Assembly: GCA_964057225.1 (NCBI GenBank) | Contig: OZ059897.1 | Span: 8,308,001 to 8,372,000, forward strand | DNA from: Auanema rhodensis | Taxonomy: Eukaryota > Animalia > Nematoda | Reading direction: 5' to 3' | Length of the DNA: 64,000 nt | Part shown: piece by piece, positions 1 to 25,073 of the stretch | How the letters are laid out: each line of letters starts with the position of its first letter | Numbering within the stretch: the stretch's first letter is position 1 | Translations under genes and position numbers: made by a program | The notes under the pieces: model-generated | Databases searched by the model: none | Told to the model about the DNA's origin: nothing | What the model saw: the letters and a program-made list of their open reading frames with translations, nothing else

Positions 1-1619
1 CTCTCTCTCTATCACCCTCTCCCTTTCTATGTACTCTATTACTGCCTTCATTTTTCCTCTAATTCTCGTCTATCCCTTCTCTCGTTTTTCTCTATTTCTT
101 TATGCCTCTCTCAATTTAACGTTATTTAGCTTAATCTCTCACTTCCCTCCCTCTATATATATATCCTGTTGTAGTAGTTTATCCGTTTTTCATATTATCA
201 AATAAATATGTATATTCATATATATTTATGTGAAATTATCAATGTTATATCAAAAGTTCTTGATTATTAGCTTAATATCAGCTTAAAGGAGAATTATATA
301 GAGAGATGGATAGAGAGACAGAGAAAAGTACTCAACTATCATCAGTATTGAGAATTTTGTGGAAAAAACAAAACAAGTGATTCTCGTCATGCTTTTGCAA
401 AGAGTTAAGAATAAGCTGAAATGGAGGAATTGAAGAAAAAACAGAAGAAGAAGAAGAAGAAGCAAGAGGATAAGGAGGAGTAGGTGGAGAAGTAGGAGGA
501 GGAGAAGAAGAAGTAGTAGTAGTAGAATGTAGAGAATCAGATAATTCATTTAAGTGTTTGGAATATTTGGTATTTTGTAATAGTTTAATAACAATAATAC
601 TAGACTGAGAAAAGCCAAAAAATAGAAAAAAAAAGAAGAAATAGAAACAGAAGCAAAAGCTGACGTGGTCGTATTACGTCGTCGGATATGAGTAGTAGAG
701 TAAGAGAATAGAAGCCAGTTCATCTTCATCTGACTTTTCCACTTAAATTGTATTAGCAATTCTGAGTTCAGTTTCAAATTATCTTATGAGTAATAGGAAA
801 AGAATAAAGAATTGAATGTGGATATATACATCTATCTATACTAATATACATATACGTTGATGTATAATGAATAACTATATATGTACATATATGTTCTTAA
901 CTATATGAGTTTTGGACATCGTTTCAACAGCCTTACAAGCCTTATATGTAGATACATAACTTACAAACTACTTACTAACTACATACATGTTATATTAACT
1001 GAAGCAAAAAAAATTATGAAGGGGGGGGGGAGAGAAAGTACATTTTCATATATACTATATACTATGTGTATAGTTAAATTAGTTTTATATATTATTAGAA
1101 TATCAATCCGCTTACTCTATAAGCTTTAATCAAACTTTTCGCTTCAGCCAACAACCTTTCCATCAAGCTTCTCAATTTCATTAAAAATTTTTTTAAAACA
1201 CAAAAATTGAAAAACTTCTCAAATACATACATATAATGACTTTCGCATCACGACGACAACGAAGATGATGATGATGATTCTCAAAATTTTCTAAAAAGAT
1301 GAAGACGTATCTTGCAACTTGCTTCCGACTTCGGTAGTCCGGTTTTGCTAACGACAATAGGCGGGACATACAGACATGTGCCGTCGACAGGTAACACATA
1401 TAAGGACGTTCACTCATCCGAAGTCTGATATAAATTTATTTTTAAAATTCTTCTTATCTCATCTACTTTCTCCCTCTCTTCCTCTCTCTCTCTCCCTCTC
1501 TCTACACTTCTTTATTCAATTTTTAATATTTGAAAGCTTTATAACAAATATTATAATTTATATTACATATAGTAAAACAATAACAATTTTATTTAATTTT
1601 CAAAGTTTAAGCATATGAA

Positions 1620-3755
1620 ATGATATCTCGATTACTGCTTATAAGCCTACTATCACTTATCTATGTTACCATATTCGTTGAAGCTCAGGTAAATTATACA
1701 ATTTTATATATTCGTAATACATTAATAAGAAAGAAAAAAAAGTTTTTTAATTCATTAAGAACATTATTACCATCTAAAATTAATTCAAAGCCTATAATTA
1801 TATGTATATAGTTAATAATATGCATCATCTTATACACTTAATATAGTATATATTATTATTATTATTAGTATTTGAATATTTATTTTATATTTGAATATTT
1901 GTCTTCTTTTTTTTTTATTAATTTTTAGTTCTTAAAGACTTTTTCAGCTTTTCTATTCTCATATAATTAATTTCTCGTCTAATGCAAAATTTCATGTCAT
2001 CTATTATATTTATTCTTCATTAACATATATTAGAAATCTATCTCACGTGCTCTACGTGAACATTTCATTTTTGATGAGAAATATGTGCAAAACGGTTGAT
2101 TTCAACATCATCTATTTGCTATTTTTTTCTATAAAAGATTAATGAACGAACAGTACGATGATTAATCAGATCACGGGCTTTTCATCGACTTCACTTTTTT
2201 GTTTCTGAAAAACGTTTATCTCTTAATTCTACCTCATTAAGATTACAGGCATTGTTCTATATTATACAAAAACAAATGATAATGAAATAATGAAGAGAAA
2301 ATATTCAGAAAAAATCCATAATTTAGACTTTAAATCATAGAAATTAGTGAAATAAACTAGTTTAGTTAGAGAGTTAAACATGAAGTTCAGGCTAGAAATC
2401 TTGTTTTCTAACAAATTTTTGAGCTTTTGTTTCTTTTCTTTTGTATTCCAAAAATAATTTTCTTTATAAATGAAATAGCATTTGGAGGTTGAAAGTTCAT
2501 TTAGATCTTGTTTGAATGGAATGCAAGTATCCCTTTTCTATCTTTGAACACACAAAAAGTATTAAAAAAAGTTTCATCTTGAAGATTGAAATATCCTACT
2601 TCCATCACAAGCTTAACTTCAAAATCTACTGAAATTCAATTTTTTTAATTCAAACACTTTTTTTAGGATTGCAATAGCTGTCCATATGCTTCTCCATTAG
2701 CCTACAGACAAGCTTCAGCAGTTTTTCCTCTGCCATCCGAACGATATGTGTTTGGTCGACCCCAACAGCCATACCATGCTGAAACATATCGACAACAGAT
2801 TCTAGTTCAACAGCCATCTATGTATATGAGTCAAGGATACGTAGTGCCTCAGCTATATGTTACGCCGCCACAACCAGCATACATTACTCCACCACCCATC
2901 TATGCCACACCACCACCAGTGTATGCTACTCCACCACCAACCTATCCAACCCCACCACCAACCTATCCAACCCCACCACCAACCTATCCAACCCCACCGC
3001 CAACCTATCCAACACCACCCCCAACTACAACACCTCCTCCACCAAAATGCTTCATTAATCAATATGGTAAAAGATATTTGATAGGAGTTGCATGAAGAAA
3101 TCTCTTGATAATTTAGGATACAAGTGTTGTTCTGTAGCTATGATGTCTGCTATGACTCAAATTATGAATAATCCTTCACATCGTCAAAAATGGAAGAACT
3201 GCAACATGATGAAGCAGGCAACAGATATGAAGGTTCTCAATAAACTTTTTTTGCTTCTCAGACACTTAGTCATGCTTTTGCCTCAAAGAAAGAAAACAAA
3301 TAACTGAAATCGTCTGAGTTCTCAATGACACGAATGATTTCATATACTTTCACTTTTTTGCAATTGTACATTTCAGAATGAGATGGAAGCCATGTTCGGA
3401 AGATCGTTTGAGTCTGTAATATCGCCTTCTGAAATCGTCAGTAAGAGCAGATGGATAGGAGAATTTATGTGTAAATCACGTTCACCAGACGGAAAGGTGG
3501 ATCTCCTTGACTTAAAATTGGCTGTTAAACGTTCTTTCACTCAAATATAAGCTTGCAACAAGATTCTGTCCCACAAAATCATTAAATCGTCTCCCAGATT
3601 CTTCATATAATTCACATCTGTAATTTCAGGTTATTCTGTTGTATGCACCTCCAAGCCAATATACCGTCGGACCAGGGCCTGCAAGACCATTAACAGAAGA
3701 AGAAATCTTAGCCAAAGGCTGGTCAGAAAAAGATCGAGAAGTGTCTGAGATATAG
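1620..3755 (+). CDS. grl: Ground-like (hedgehog-related) secreted protein with Pro/Thr/Tyr repeats; 5 exons
   Basis: Exons 1620-1688, 2667-3066, 3117-3232, 3377-3496 and 3630-3755 splice in frame with GT-AG. The product has a signal peptide (MISRLLLISLLSLIYVTIFVEA), PPTYPT repeats, then a ground-like domain (CFINQYGYKCCSVAMMSAM...NCNMMKQATDMKNEMEAMFGRSFESVISPSEIVSKSRWIGEFMCK...VILLYAPP). The specific paralog is not assigned. Confidence 0.88.
2890..3045 (+). repeat. Coding 21-bp tandem repeat (PPPTYPT-type units)
   Basis: Repeated ccaccaccaacctatccaacc-type units inside grl exon 2. Confidence 0.9.
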
Positions 3756-5324
3756 TATAGAAGGTCTTATCTGCAGATTACAAGTTAATTCAGAGAATTG
3801 TTTGCAAAACATTGAGAAATTAGCTCATTATCTGTATATATTTGTAAAAATTGAGTATAATAATTGATTTTAATATCCAATATTATTTTGAAAATAAAAA
3901 GATTTATCGTCATTTACCCTTTTTTTCTCTTTCATTTTTAACCAAAAAAAAAAGTCTGTGTCAAACATGAAACAAAGCATTGCCTTGATATCGCAAAATT
4001 GTTCCGCAAATCAAATTAGACAACAAACTTATTCAAAATTCTAATTTAGAGCAAAAAAAACAGACAATCAAGCTCGTAAAATCTTCGTTACAACTATCTT
4101 GATTTTGAAAAAAAACGTTTGAAGCTTAGAAAAGACATTTTTATAAACTTTAATAATGACTGTTTAATGCGTTAATTCAATTAAATATATATGACATCAT
4201 AAAGATTTTCGATTCGGAGAAGAGATTAAGAGAAGGTCGAAGACGGAGACTCAATGATGATGATTCTTGCATATAAGCTTACGACTTTTATAGTTTCTTG
4301 CAGATTTGTGTGTTATAATGGAACTTTTTGTTGATAGCTGAGTACAAGGATAACATGCTTAGAAGAAACAAGTTTTCAAGTTTTAACAAATGTTTTAAAC
4401 ATTTATAAAAACTTGTTGAACCATAAAAATGGAATATTACAAGAAATCTTCAGAGTACAACAACAGGTAAGACATGATATAGCAAAACAATCTCCACGTT
4501 CTGGCTTCATTTCAGTAGTTGTAACCTCGCTAGTTGGTTGTTGGGAACGAATGACTGGAGTGCTACGAAGATATCCAATAATATGGAAAATCTCAACTAT
4601 ATGTTCACATAGTTAATATATAAAAACCTAATTTTATTTGAGTTTTTTTCAAACGAACGAAGATGACTTAACGTTTAAATAAAACTTCAAAACACAGATG
4701 TGAAAAGTTCAAAAGATTATTGATTAAAAAGGAAAATTTAAACATTTTTCTGTACTAATTGACTTATTTATAATAAAAATTTCAAAAAAATAATTTTTTT
4801 GAATATAAAAATTACTTAAAAAATAAAATACAAACTTGTCTGATTCTTTTTGAACTTCTAAAGCAGCTGAATCCAGTTAAATATTTGGATCTTTGTTTTT
4901 GTAGAATTTTGATCATCTGTCCCATTGATTTGATTAGGATCAGATAAATTAATAGCTACCATTTGAAATGAAAATTATTTAAGACTGAGGAATATCAAAG
5001 AAATCTGATAATTCTAACATCAACGTTGATATTTTTGTTTGAAATGAGAAAGCTTTTTGCATATATTCAAGTTGAGCTTCTTATAGTTAACATATATGTC
5101 AAGAAAAACTTGAACTTAAAGTATTACAAACAAACAGAAAGGGAAAGAGAGAGAGAGAGAGAGAAAGAGATCTTTTATCTTTTTTTGCGCCTTTCGTCAT
5201 TAATTCTAAAAATAGAAAATCATTTTAAGAAACATACGAATAAGTTCAAACTCTATACAAAAAAAATAATTTTGTATGACAATTTTTGATTTTATATGCA
5301 AGAGAGATAAAGAAAAACAAAAAA

Positions 5325-5520
5325 ATGTCTAATTATGAAGAATTCATGCAAAAATTCAAAGAAAAATCTGCAGATATATGGTTGAAGAAAATAGTAAAGA
5401 CTTCCAGACGACGTCCTTCGCCTATACTATACATCTGCTGTGATTACGAGGGGACACATACTAAATATGTATATACAGTAAGAGCTTTGAGTTTGAGATT
5501 TGTTCCCAAAGCTTAGGTAG

Positions 5521-5606
<86 letters not shown>

Positions 5607-5897
5607 ACATTGTAAATCTAATAAATTGTTCCGAACATTATGATATCAGACGGTATCTCATTGTTGGAATGTGACATGGCTGATTAATTACGAATCTGAA
5701 TGTAATTATCCAAATTCAAGAGTTTTGTGATGTTCATTAGGTTGATGAAAATCGACGAAGACCAGCGAAAGTATGGTGATAGTCATTGATTCCTTATGTT
5801 TTTTTCTTCTGTGTAAAGATTCTTGAGTTTTATTTTGCAGAAACTAGATGAAAGGATACAGAGAAATCAAAAGAACATGTATAAGCATATCTGCTAA
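5325..5897 (+). other. Possible small spliced gene or decayed gene of unknown function
   Basis: ATG at 5325 (MSNYEEFMQKFKEKSADIW...) is followed by exon-like blocks with AG/GT edges at 5650-5701, 5741-5770 and 5841-5897. The phases do not all join cleanly and no family is recognised. Confidence 0.2.
5525..5606. repeat. (CT)n followed by (TTTC)n microsatellite
   Basis: Directly visible. Confidence 0.95.
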
Positions 5898-6431
5898 AGA
5901 CTTCTTCATGATCTTTGTCATGACGCTTGCTAAATACATTCTATTTCTGATATTTCACTAATTATTTCTACGCAAACTGTCGTTCGTATTAACAATTAAA
6001 ATTCAAATAAAGCTTCTGAATTTCTTTGAAATCAAAAAGATTCTGTGGTTGAGTATTGAAAATCTAGAAAAGCTTTCATCAACGTATCTTCATTTTCAAT
6101 TCCTTTTTAAAGTGAAAAAAAAAGAATTTTTCAACAAAATATATATTTTGTAGCTTTATTGATGTTGCATCGGCATGAATACATCTGAAACATGTATCAA
6201 ACTGTCATGCATTTCCAATGATTTTCTGAGCTTCGAACTGAAATTACACGAATCTTAAGTCGAACGCCAAGTATAAAATTTTTTTAAAAATTGTCTTTTT
6301 TACCGAATTTCATACTTTACTTCCGCTTGGTGAGTGGTCTATTAAAGGAGAAAGACAGAGAGTAGAGAGAGAACGTTAGAAAGTAGTTGAAAGATTAAGA
6401 AAGTCGTCGATAACTGAAGAATTGAGTAGTG

Positions 6432-6495
<64 letters not shown>

Positions 6496-6585
6496 CAGAG
6501 ATACACAATACAGAATGTGTGAGAGGAAGAGTGAAAGCAGAAGAAGAAGAAGAAGAAGAAGAAGAAGAAGAAGAAGAAGAAGAAG
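6432..6585. repeat. (GA)n (6432-6491) and (GAA)n (6540-6585) microsatellites
   Basis: Directly visible; they explain the spurious ER/poly-E/poly-S ORFs. Confidence 0.95.
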
Positions 6586-7764
6586 AGCTGACTAACATCT
6601 GCAGGACTGTAGCTCATGCTCCCGTCAACTTTCATCCGCCATTTTCGCCAAATACATGTTCATATTCTCGTAAGCATGAGCATTAGCAGCAAGTTTCACA
6701 ACTATTTTGAGCTTATCTCATTAATTATAGCTTGATCATGATCATGATGAACAGTGATACTATTTTTCCCTCCAAAAAAAAACAATATTTTTTGAAATAA
6801 AGTTAATTGTGACGACAACAAATATATTTTGTTTGTTCTATATAGAACTTTTTTCTTACTATATCTCCATAGTAATAGACTTATGGATGCTGTATCTATC
6901 TATATGTATTTTATTGATAAAAATATTTTTAATATATAGATACTTTCATCATTTTCTAATCTTCAAATTCTATTTTATATATATTTATTATTCTTTTTTT
7001 TACAGAATATATATTTTTCTTTCTTTTTTTTCTTTTTAAAAGAGTAAAAAACACACAAAAATCGTTTTTGTTTCCCTTTTTGCTATTCAAACTCACCAAA
7101 TTATTCATAATTCCTTCCGGAGGGAGGTGTGTGGTTGTTGCTGAAGAAAATAATTATAGTACTCCTAGTTCTAGTTCGACGTTTTGCTCTCGGCTATCTC
7201 ATCTTCTTCATCGTCCGTCAGCTTCAATCGTCATCGTCGTCCACGTCATGACATCAGAATAAGTATTATTATTTGGTTTCATCTCCTTGAATTTCATTTT
7301 TTTCTTTTTTATATTATATATTATAGTTAAATATATGTTATATATATATATATATATATATATACATACATATATATATATATATATGTTGTCGTTTTGT
7401 TCAGCAAGATCAGGTTGATATTCAACCTGCTTTTGAGAAAAAGCTGAAAAAAAAATAGTCTGATTGAATATAAAGAAATCTTTTGCTTCTTTTATTTTTA
7501 TTATAAATTGACGAATTCAAATATTTATTCATCGAAATAAAAACATTATTTTTCAATTTATAATCAAGCTTTATGTGAATATTCTTATTTTTACCTTTTC
7601 TCCACTTTTTGTTTTCAAATAATTCTGGCGTTGCACAGTCATTTAGCAGATTTTCACATTCAATTTCATTTTCTTCTTTATTTTAAAAGTGATTTTGAAA
7701 TGTTCTTTTCTAGGGATGTCGTTTCGTTATTCCGTCGGGCAATTGCCTTACCTATGGTTATGTC

Positions 7765-7778
7765 GTCGCCATGGAAAC
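7765..7778 (+). promoter_or_regulatory. X-box (RFX/DAF-19 site) upstream of ciliary gene ARMC9
   Basis: GTCGCCATGGAAAC fits the 14-bp X-box consensus GTYNCY-AT-RGNAAC and lies 5' of a cilia gene. Confidence 0.65.
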
Positions 7779-8278
7779 GATTTCCATATCAGACCTCCCT
7801 CAACCTTCTCACCCACCTCTTGCCAAATCTTTTCATTTATCAAAAAGAAAATGTTCCATAATAAATTATCAAAATTCAAAAAATAAAATAAAAAAAACAT
7901 TTCAATTTCCCATAATAATTAATCTTTTTGCATCATTGTCATCAATTTCGTTTGAAATATATTAGTAGTTCAGCCAGAAATCATGTTTCCAATTGACAGA
8001 ACTTACTAACGACCAAATAGTTTCCTTCAATTTCGTTCTCTTAAAATCATTTTTCAGGTTAAAGATTGAATATGGAATAGAAAAAAGAAATATATTCACT
8101 TACTACAATGTTATTTTCAATTAAACTTGATCCTATTAAACTATCGTTATCCAATTATGGCATCATATCATCTGATCATTGATATTAAGTTTTAGTAAAA
8201 AGCTGTAGAAGCCTCTGCTTCAGCTTTTTTTTCTCATTTGATTATTGTTTCTTCACTCTCTCTATCTCTCTTTTCTCC

Positions 8279-8323
<45 letters not shown>

Positions 8324-9271
8324 TGTATTTATCTCAATATTTTTATTTATTTTCTTATTCTCTCAAAAATCAAATGAATGTTTTTTTACAATAGCATATA
8401 AGCTGTTAGAAGTAGAAGTTGCAATGTTCATTTCTTCTCAAAATATCGACATCATATCATATCATATTCAATTTTCTTTTTCAAATTTTCAATATTCAAT
8501 CATATATCAGTTATATTCAATTGAATATTATCTATTATTCAAACATTTTCACTAATCTATGTGAATCCGTGATTCCAACTTGTGGTAACACAGTGAAACA
8601 GCATTAACTGAATTCTTTAAACGAAATGATCTTGTGTTAGTTTGCTCATGATTTCTTTCATATTTCATATAGATTCAATTTGCACATATTGAACTACAAT
8701 ATTGTGTCTTTGAGCTACTCTAACCGTTTCAAATTCATATTTTTACATGTTAAATTGTTATTTTTCTCTATTTAAGCATAAGAAAACATTGACTGAATGC
8801 TAAATTTCCTTTATTAAAAGAGTTTCTACATACATATCTTTTCCTATTCACCTCTCTTATTTTCTCTTTCTCTCTCTTTGCCTCTTTATGTTCCTTCTCC
8901 CAACAACGACTATTATCCATTCTCGCAATACTTCATACATCTGTATGGAGCAATTAACTTATATAAAGCCAACAGCTTGTACTTTTTACTTTTCTCAATC
9001 AAATTCAGAATTTTGTTGGCTTTCTCATCGTTTACCTGTTCATATTTACCAAATTTTCCCATTCAGCTTTCTGTTATGCTTCCTCCTTCAGCTCATTACC
9101 TTCTTTGAGAATATTCATTAACAAGATCTACCTACTGATCTTGATGGCGTGAAAGCACATCATGAAGCTATTCAAGTTGAAGTTCTTGATTTTATGTTTT
9201 CCGTACTTATTTCAAATTATTTCTATATATAATTTCATAATTCATTCATCTTTATATATTATTTTTCAGGA

Positions 9272-21488
<12,217 letters not shown>

Positions 21489-21753
21489 GATTTGTTGTTG
21501 AATCCGGTGCTCAAACTAAAAAGGGAACATATATTGAATGCCAGTTAACTCAGGAACTGTTGGACCTTACTATGCTGATTATTCAATTTCGTTTGTACAT
21601 ATTGTTTCAAACTTGTTTAACCTACCTCAAACTGTATAGTATTCAAACTGAATATCTTCAGAATCGCTTGGGCCATATTGGTGCCTTATCCATAAAGAAA
21701 TTATTTTGAACAAAAGAAAAAGAAAATATTATAAAATAAAGATTCATTTTGAA

Positions 21754-24554
21754 TCATCGTGCTCTTATACATAGAGCTATAAATCCAATCATTCGAAATA
21801 ACACACTAAAAAAAGATAAAAGTAACAGATTAGGTGCAATTGCTCCATCCATGCCACGTCGAAACAGTATATCTGTAGGTATTTTAAAAATGAAACTATA
21901 TCAATCTCAAGTTTTCAGAGTACCTTGGCCATTTTCCCCAGGGCAATAAACAGTATTAGTTCCATTAGATAATAGTCCCGTACATCCTTCAATGTATTTG
22001 ATCTGAAAACATGATATTTGCAAAGATAACTGGTTGAAAAACTAACCTCTTTCCATTGATTCACTTCCAAGGCTTCAAATCCATATCGAAACCAAGAAAA
22101 ATATGAGAAAACTCGAAGATATGATGGAATACTATGAAAATTAATGTAATATCCACCAAATGTTAGCATAGGTAAGACTAATATTGGCAAATATGTAACG
22201 GCTGTGCCTTCTTCACCAAATATCGCAGCTCCAGCATAAGCTGTAAAATTATAAAATCTATATAGTTGTACAAATTTTTTTCCCAAAATGATACAACTCA
22301 GTGAACCAGGACATACTTACCAACAGATACAGCATTCTGAGTAAGTAGCATACATACAAGAGCAAATATCAGAAACTTACTACATGATACAACCAAGCCT
22401 ATTATTTAATATTGAATAAGTTATCAAAATTGTTTTAAAACTACACCTGTTGTCCAATAAACGATGACGGAATAAACCAATGGTAGTACAGCATATTGAG
22501 GTAACTAAAAGGATGAAATATAAATTTGAATATATGAAACTTTTATACTTCAGCCAATGATTTAGCAAGATAATAGCTTCCAACAGAATAAATTCGACTT
22601 TTATGCTCACGTAAGAATACTGGCAATTCACTTGTGATTACCTGTATCAATGAAATTAATATTTTTAAAATATTTTTCTGAATTAATACATTAATTGAAG
22701 GAAACAGAAAGAGGAAATTCATATCTCTTGCAGCATTATATAAAATTCCTTCCATGTTCTTTACCGTAGGACCAAATACTGGTGTTCGGAAGTTAACGAC
22801 TGCAATTACGCAAGCAGTAAGCTAAAAATAAACTAAAATTTCAAATCAGCAAAAAAACAAAAATAAAACTTACAACAACTTGAATGAATCTAACTTTTAA
22901 TAATAATGGATCACGCACAGTTGTGAGAAAAGCCCGCTGTAGCAGAACATATAACTGAACCCAAAATGAAGCCACATATCTGAATATCGTAAGTAATCTA
23001 ATGGCTGGAAATCAAATTTCAATACTTTATGGAAACATCTGCAACAGTTTTTTCTCCAGATTCAATATTTCTTTGCTCCTCAACAGCTTTTATCATTTTG
23101 TGACCGTATTCACTAGCTTCATAATGATTTCGAATTAGCTGTATAAGAAGAAGTGTTATCAAATTCTGATATAAGAATGAAAAGATAGACGATACCTCAA
23201 TTTGTTTTAAATCTTTATCAGCTGTTTCACTGGATATCGAAAGTTTAGCTATAAAATGATCTGCAGGATTGTATGATTCGGGTACTCGTAGATGTTCAAC
23301 ATTCAAGCTATAATATTATTGTTGTTTATCTTTTATGAAATATCAAACCTATCGAAAAATCTACAAATTTGAGAGACAGGTCCATGATAGGCAGTCTTAC
23401 CATTTGCCATGAAGCATACTCTTTAATAAAATAATAAATAATTGCAAAAGACATATTTTTATGTAAAAATATACTTGTTAAACATCTTAAATACTGTACT
23501 ACTAGGTTGATGTATAACAGTAACAATAGTTTTTCCTTTTTCTGCCATTAGCTTCAATGCACTTACAACCTTAATAATGAAGCAGATTTAAAGGAAAAAA
23601 CTTCAAATCAAACCTGGCCAGCCATAAAAGCATCTAGGCCACTTGTAGGTTCATCGCAGAACATGATGGATGGATCAGTCAGTGCCTAGAAATGTTCATC
23701 ATAATAATGATCAACTATTAACTGCTTTACTTCACAGGCAAATGATAATCTTTTTTTCTCTCCTATTGATATTCCCTTAGTTCTATTAGGTATACCAATA
23801 AGTGTATTCTAAAACATGTTAATTATAAAATTAATATTAATAGCAAGACTACCTGACAGTCTACTAAATTCATTTCTGATAAAACTTGATTAACTTTGCG
23901 CATTTTTTGAACAGTTGAATACTGCCTTCCCATACGTAGCAAAGCCTTTAATTAGTTTAAATAACTCGAACATTCATAAAGAATAAAATCTTATAGTAAA
24001 TGTAAAGCGTACTGAATACGTTAGCTGCTCTCTGACGGTCAAAGTTCCACAGAATAAATCTTCTTGTTGCACATATGCCGAAATAGATCGCATCTGAGTT
24101 CTCGTTAATGTTTTTCCATTTACCAATACATTTCCTTGTTTCTAAATTGTATTATTAATGTCATTTTCTATGATTAGGTATTAACTTCAACTCCTTTTGT
24201 AGCTAAATGAGCTAAGACATTCATGAGGGTGGTTTTTCCTGCCCCACTTCCTCCCATTATAGCTAACACTTCACCAGGAAAAGCAATCCCAGATACTAAA
24301 ACATCAAGTTACATATTTCGCATCATAAACGTAATTTAGTAACCATTTTCAATTACTTGTTTTCTCGTATGACCTCTGTGTTGGCTTTGAAGAGGAACAG
24401 AAACGTATACATGATGCCATGAAAGAACTTTTCCTCCATTGTAAGATTGCTCAATTTGTAAATTTGTAACTGAATAAAACTTAACTTTATTAATTCTCAA
24501 GCTCGAATTATACATACCTTTCTTTAGTAAAGGCTCACTATCTTTGTCTGGCAT
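21754..24554 (-). CDS. wht: White-family ABCG half transporter
   Basis: ATG at 24554 ([12 protein letters not shown]). Spliced exons contain Walker A ([15 protein letters not shown]), the [20 protein letters not shown] segment, signature [13 protein letters not shown], Walker [12 protein letters not shown], the H-loop TVIHQPS and YNPADHFI, then the TM region ELPVFLREH...[20 protein letters not shown]. Stop TGA at 21754-21756. Confidence 0.93.
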
Positions 24555-25073
24555 GATTCAACCGATTTCACAAAAATGAAAAAAGAAATGAAAATTTCAC
24601 GTTAAAGTCCACGTGAAGACAGGCTCATGTGATTGTCATCATGCTGACACAAGCAAGTTTCGTCGGAGTTTAAACAAGAAAAGACTAGTAACAATTTATT
24701 TCATGACTTTATTGAGTACAAAAAACCAGTAGATTTTTAATGGAAGAACAACGTTTTAAGAAAAATCACAGAGCTTGAGACATAGTACAGAGTATAAGAG
24801 AATAGGTTCCATAGCCGAGATAATGTTTAGTTTGAAAAGACATTGCACAAAAGTGATCCATTAAACTAAAATGATGTCGCTTTTCAACTGAAATGCACTT
24901 TTGTCTGTCAATTATCGTTAAAAAAATATAACGAAAATTCCAAATCAATAAACAAAACACCAAAAAACTACACCTAAATATTAAATTAAATTACATTAAC
25001 TGTATGCAAACCAGCATAAACTAAAAACTATAAGTATTTAAATATTCGGGCATTAAATATTATTGAGACAAAG

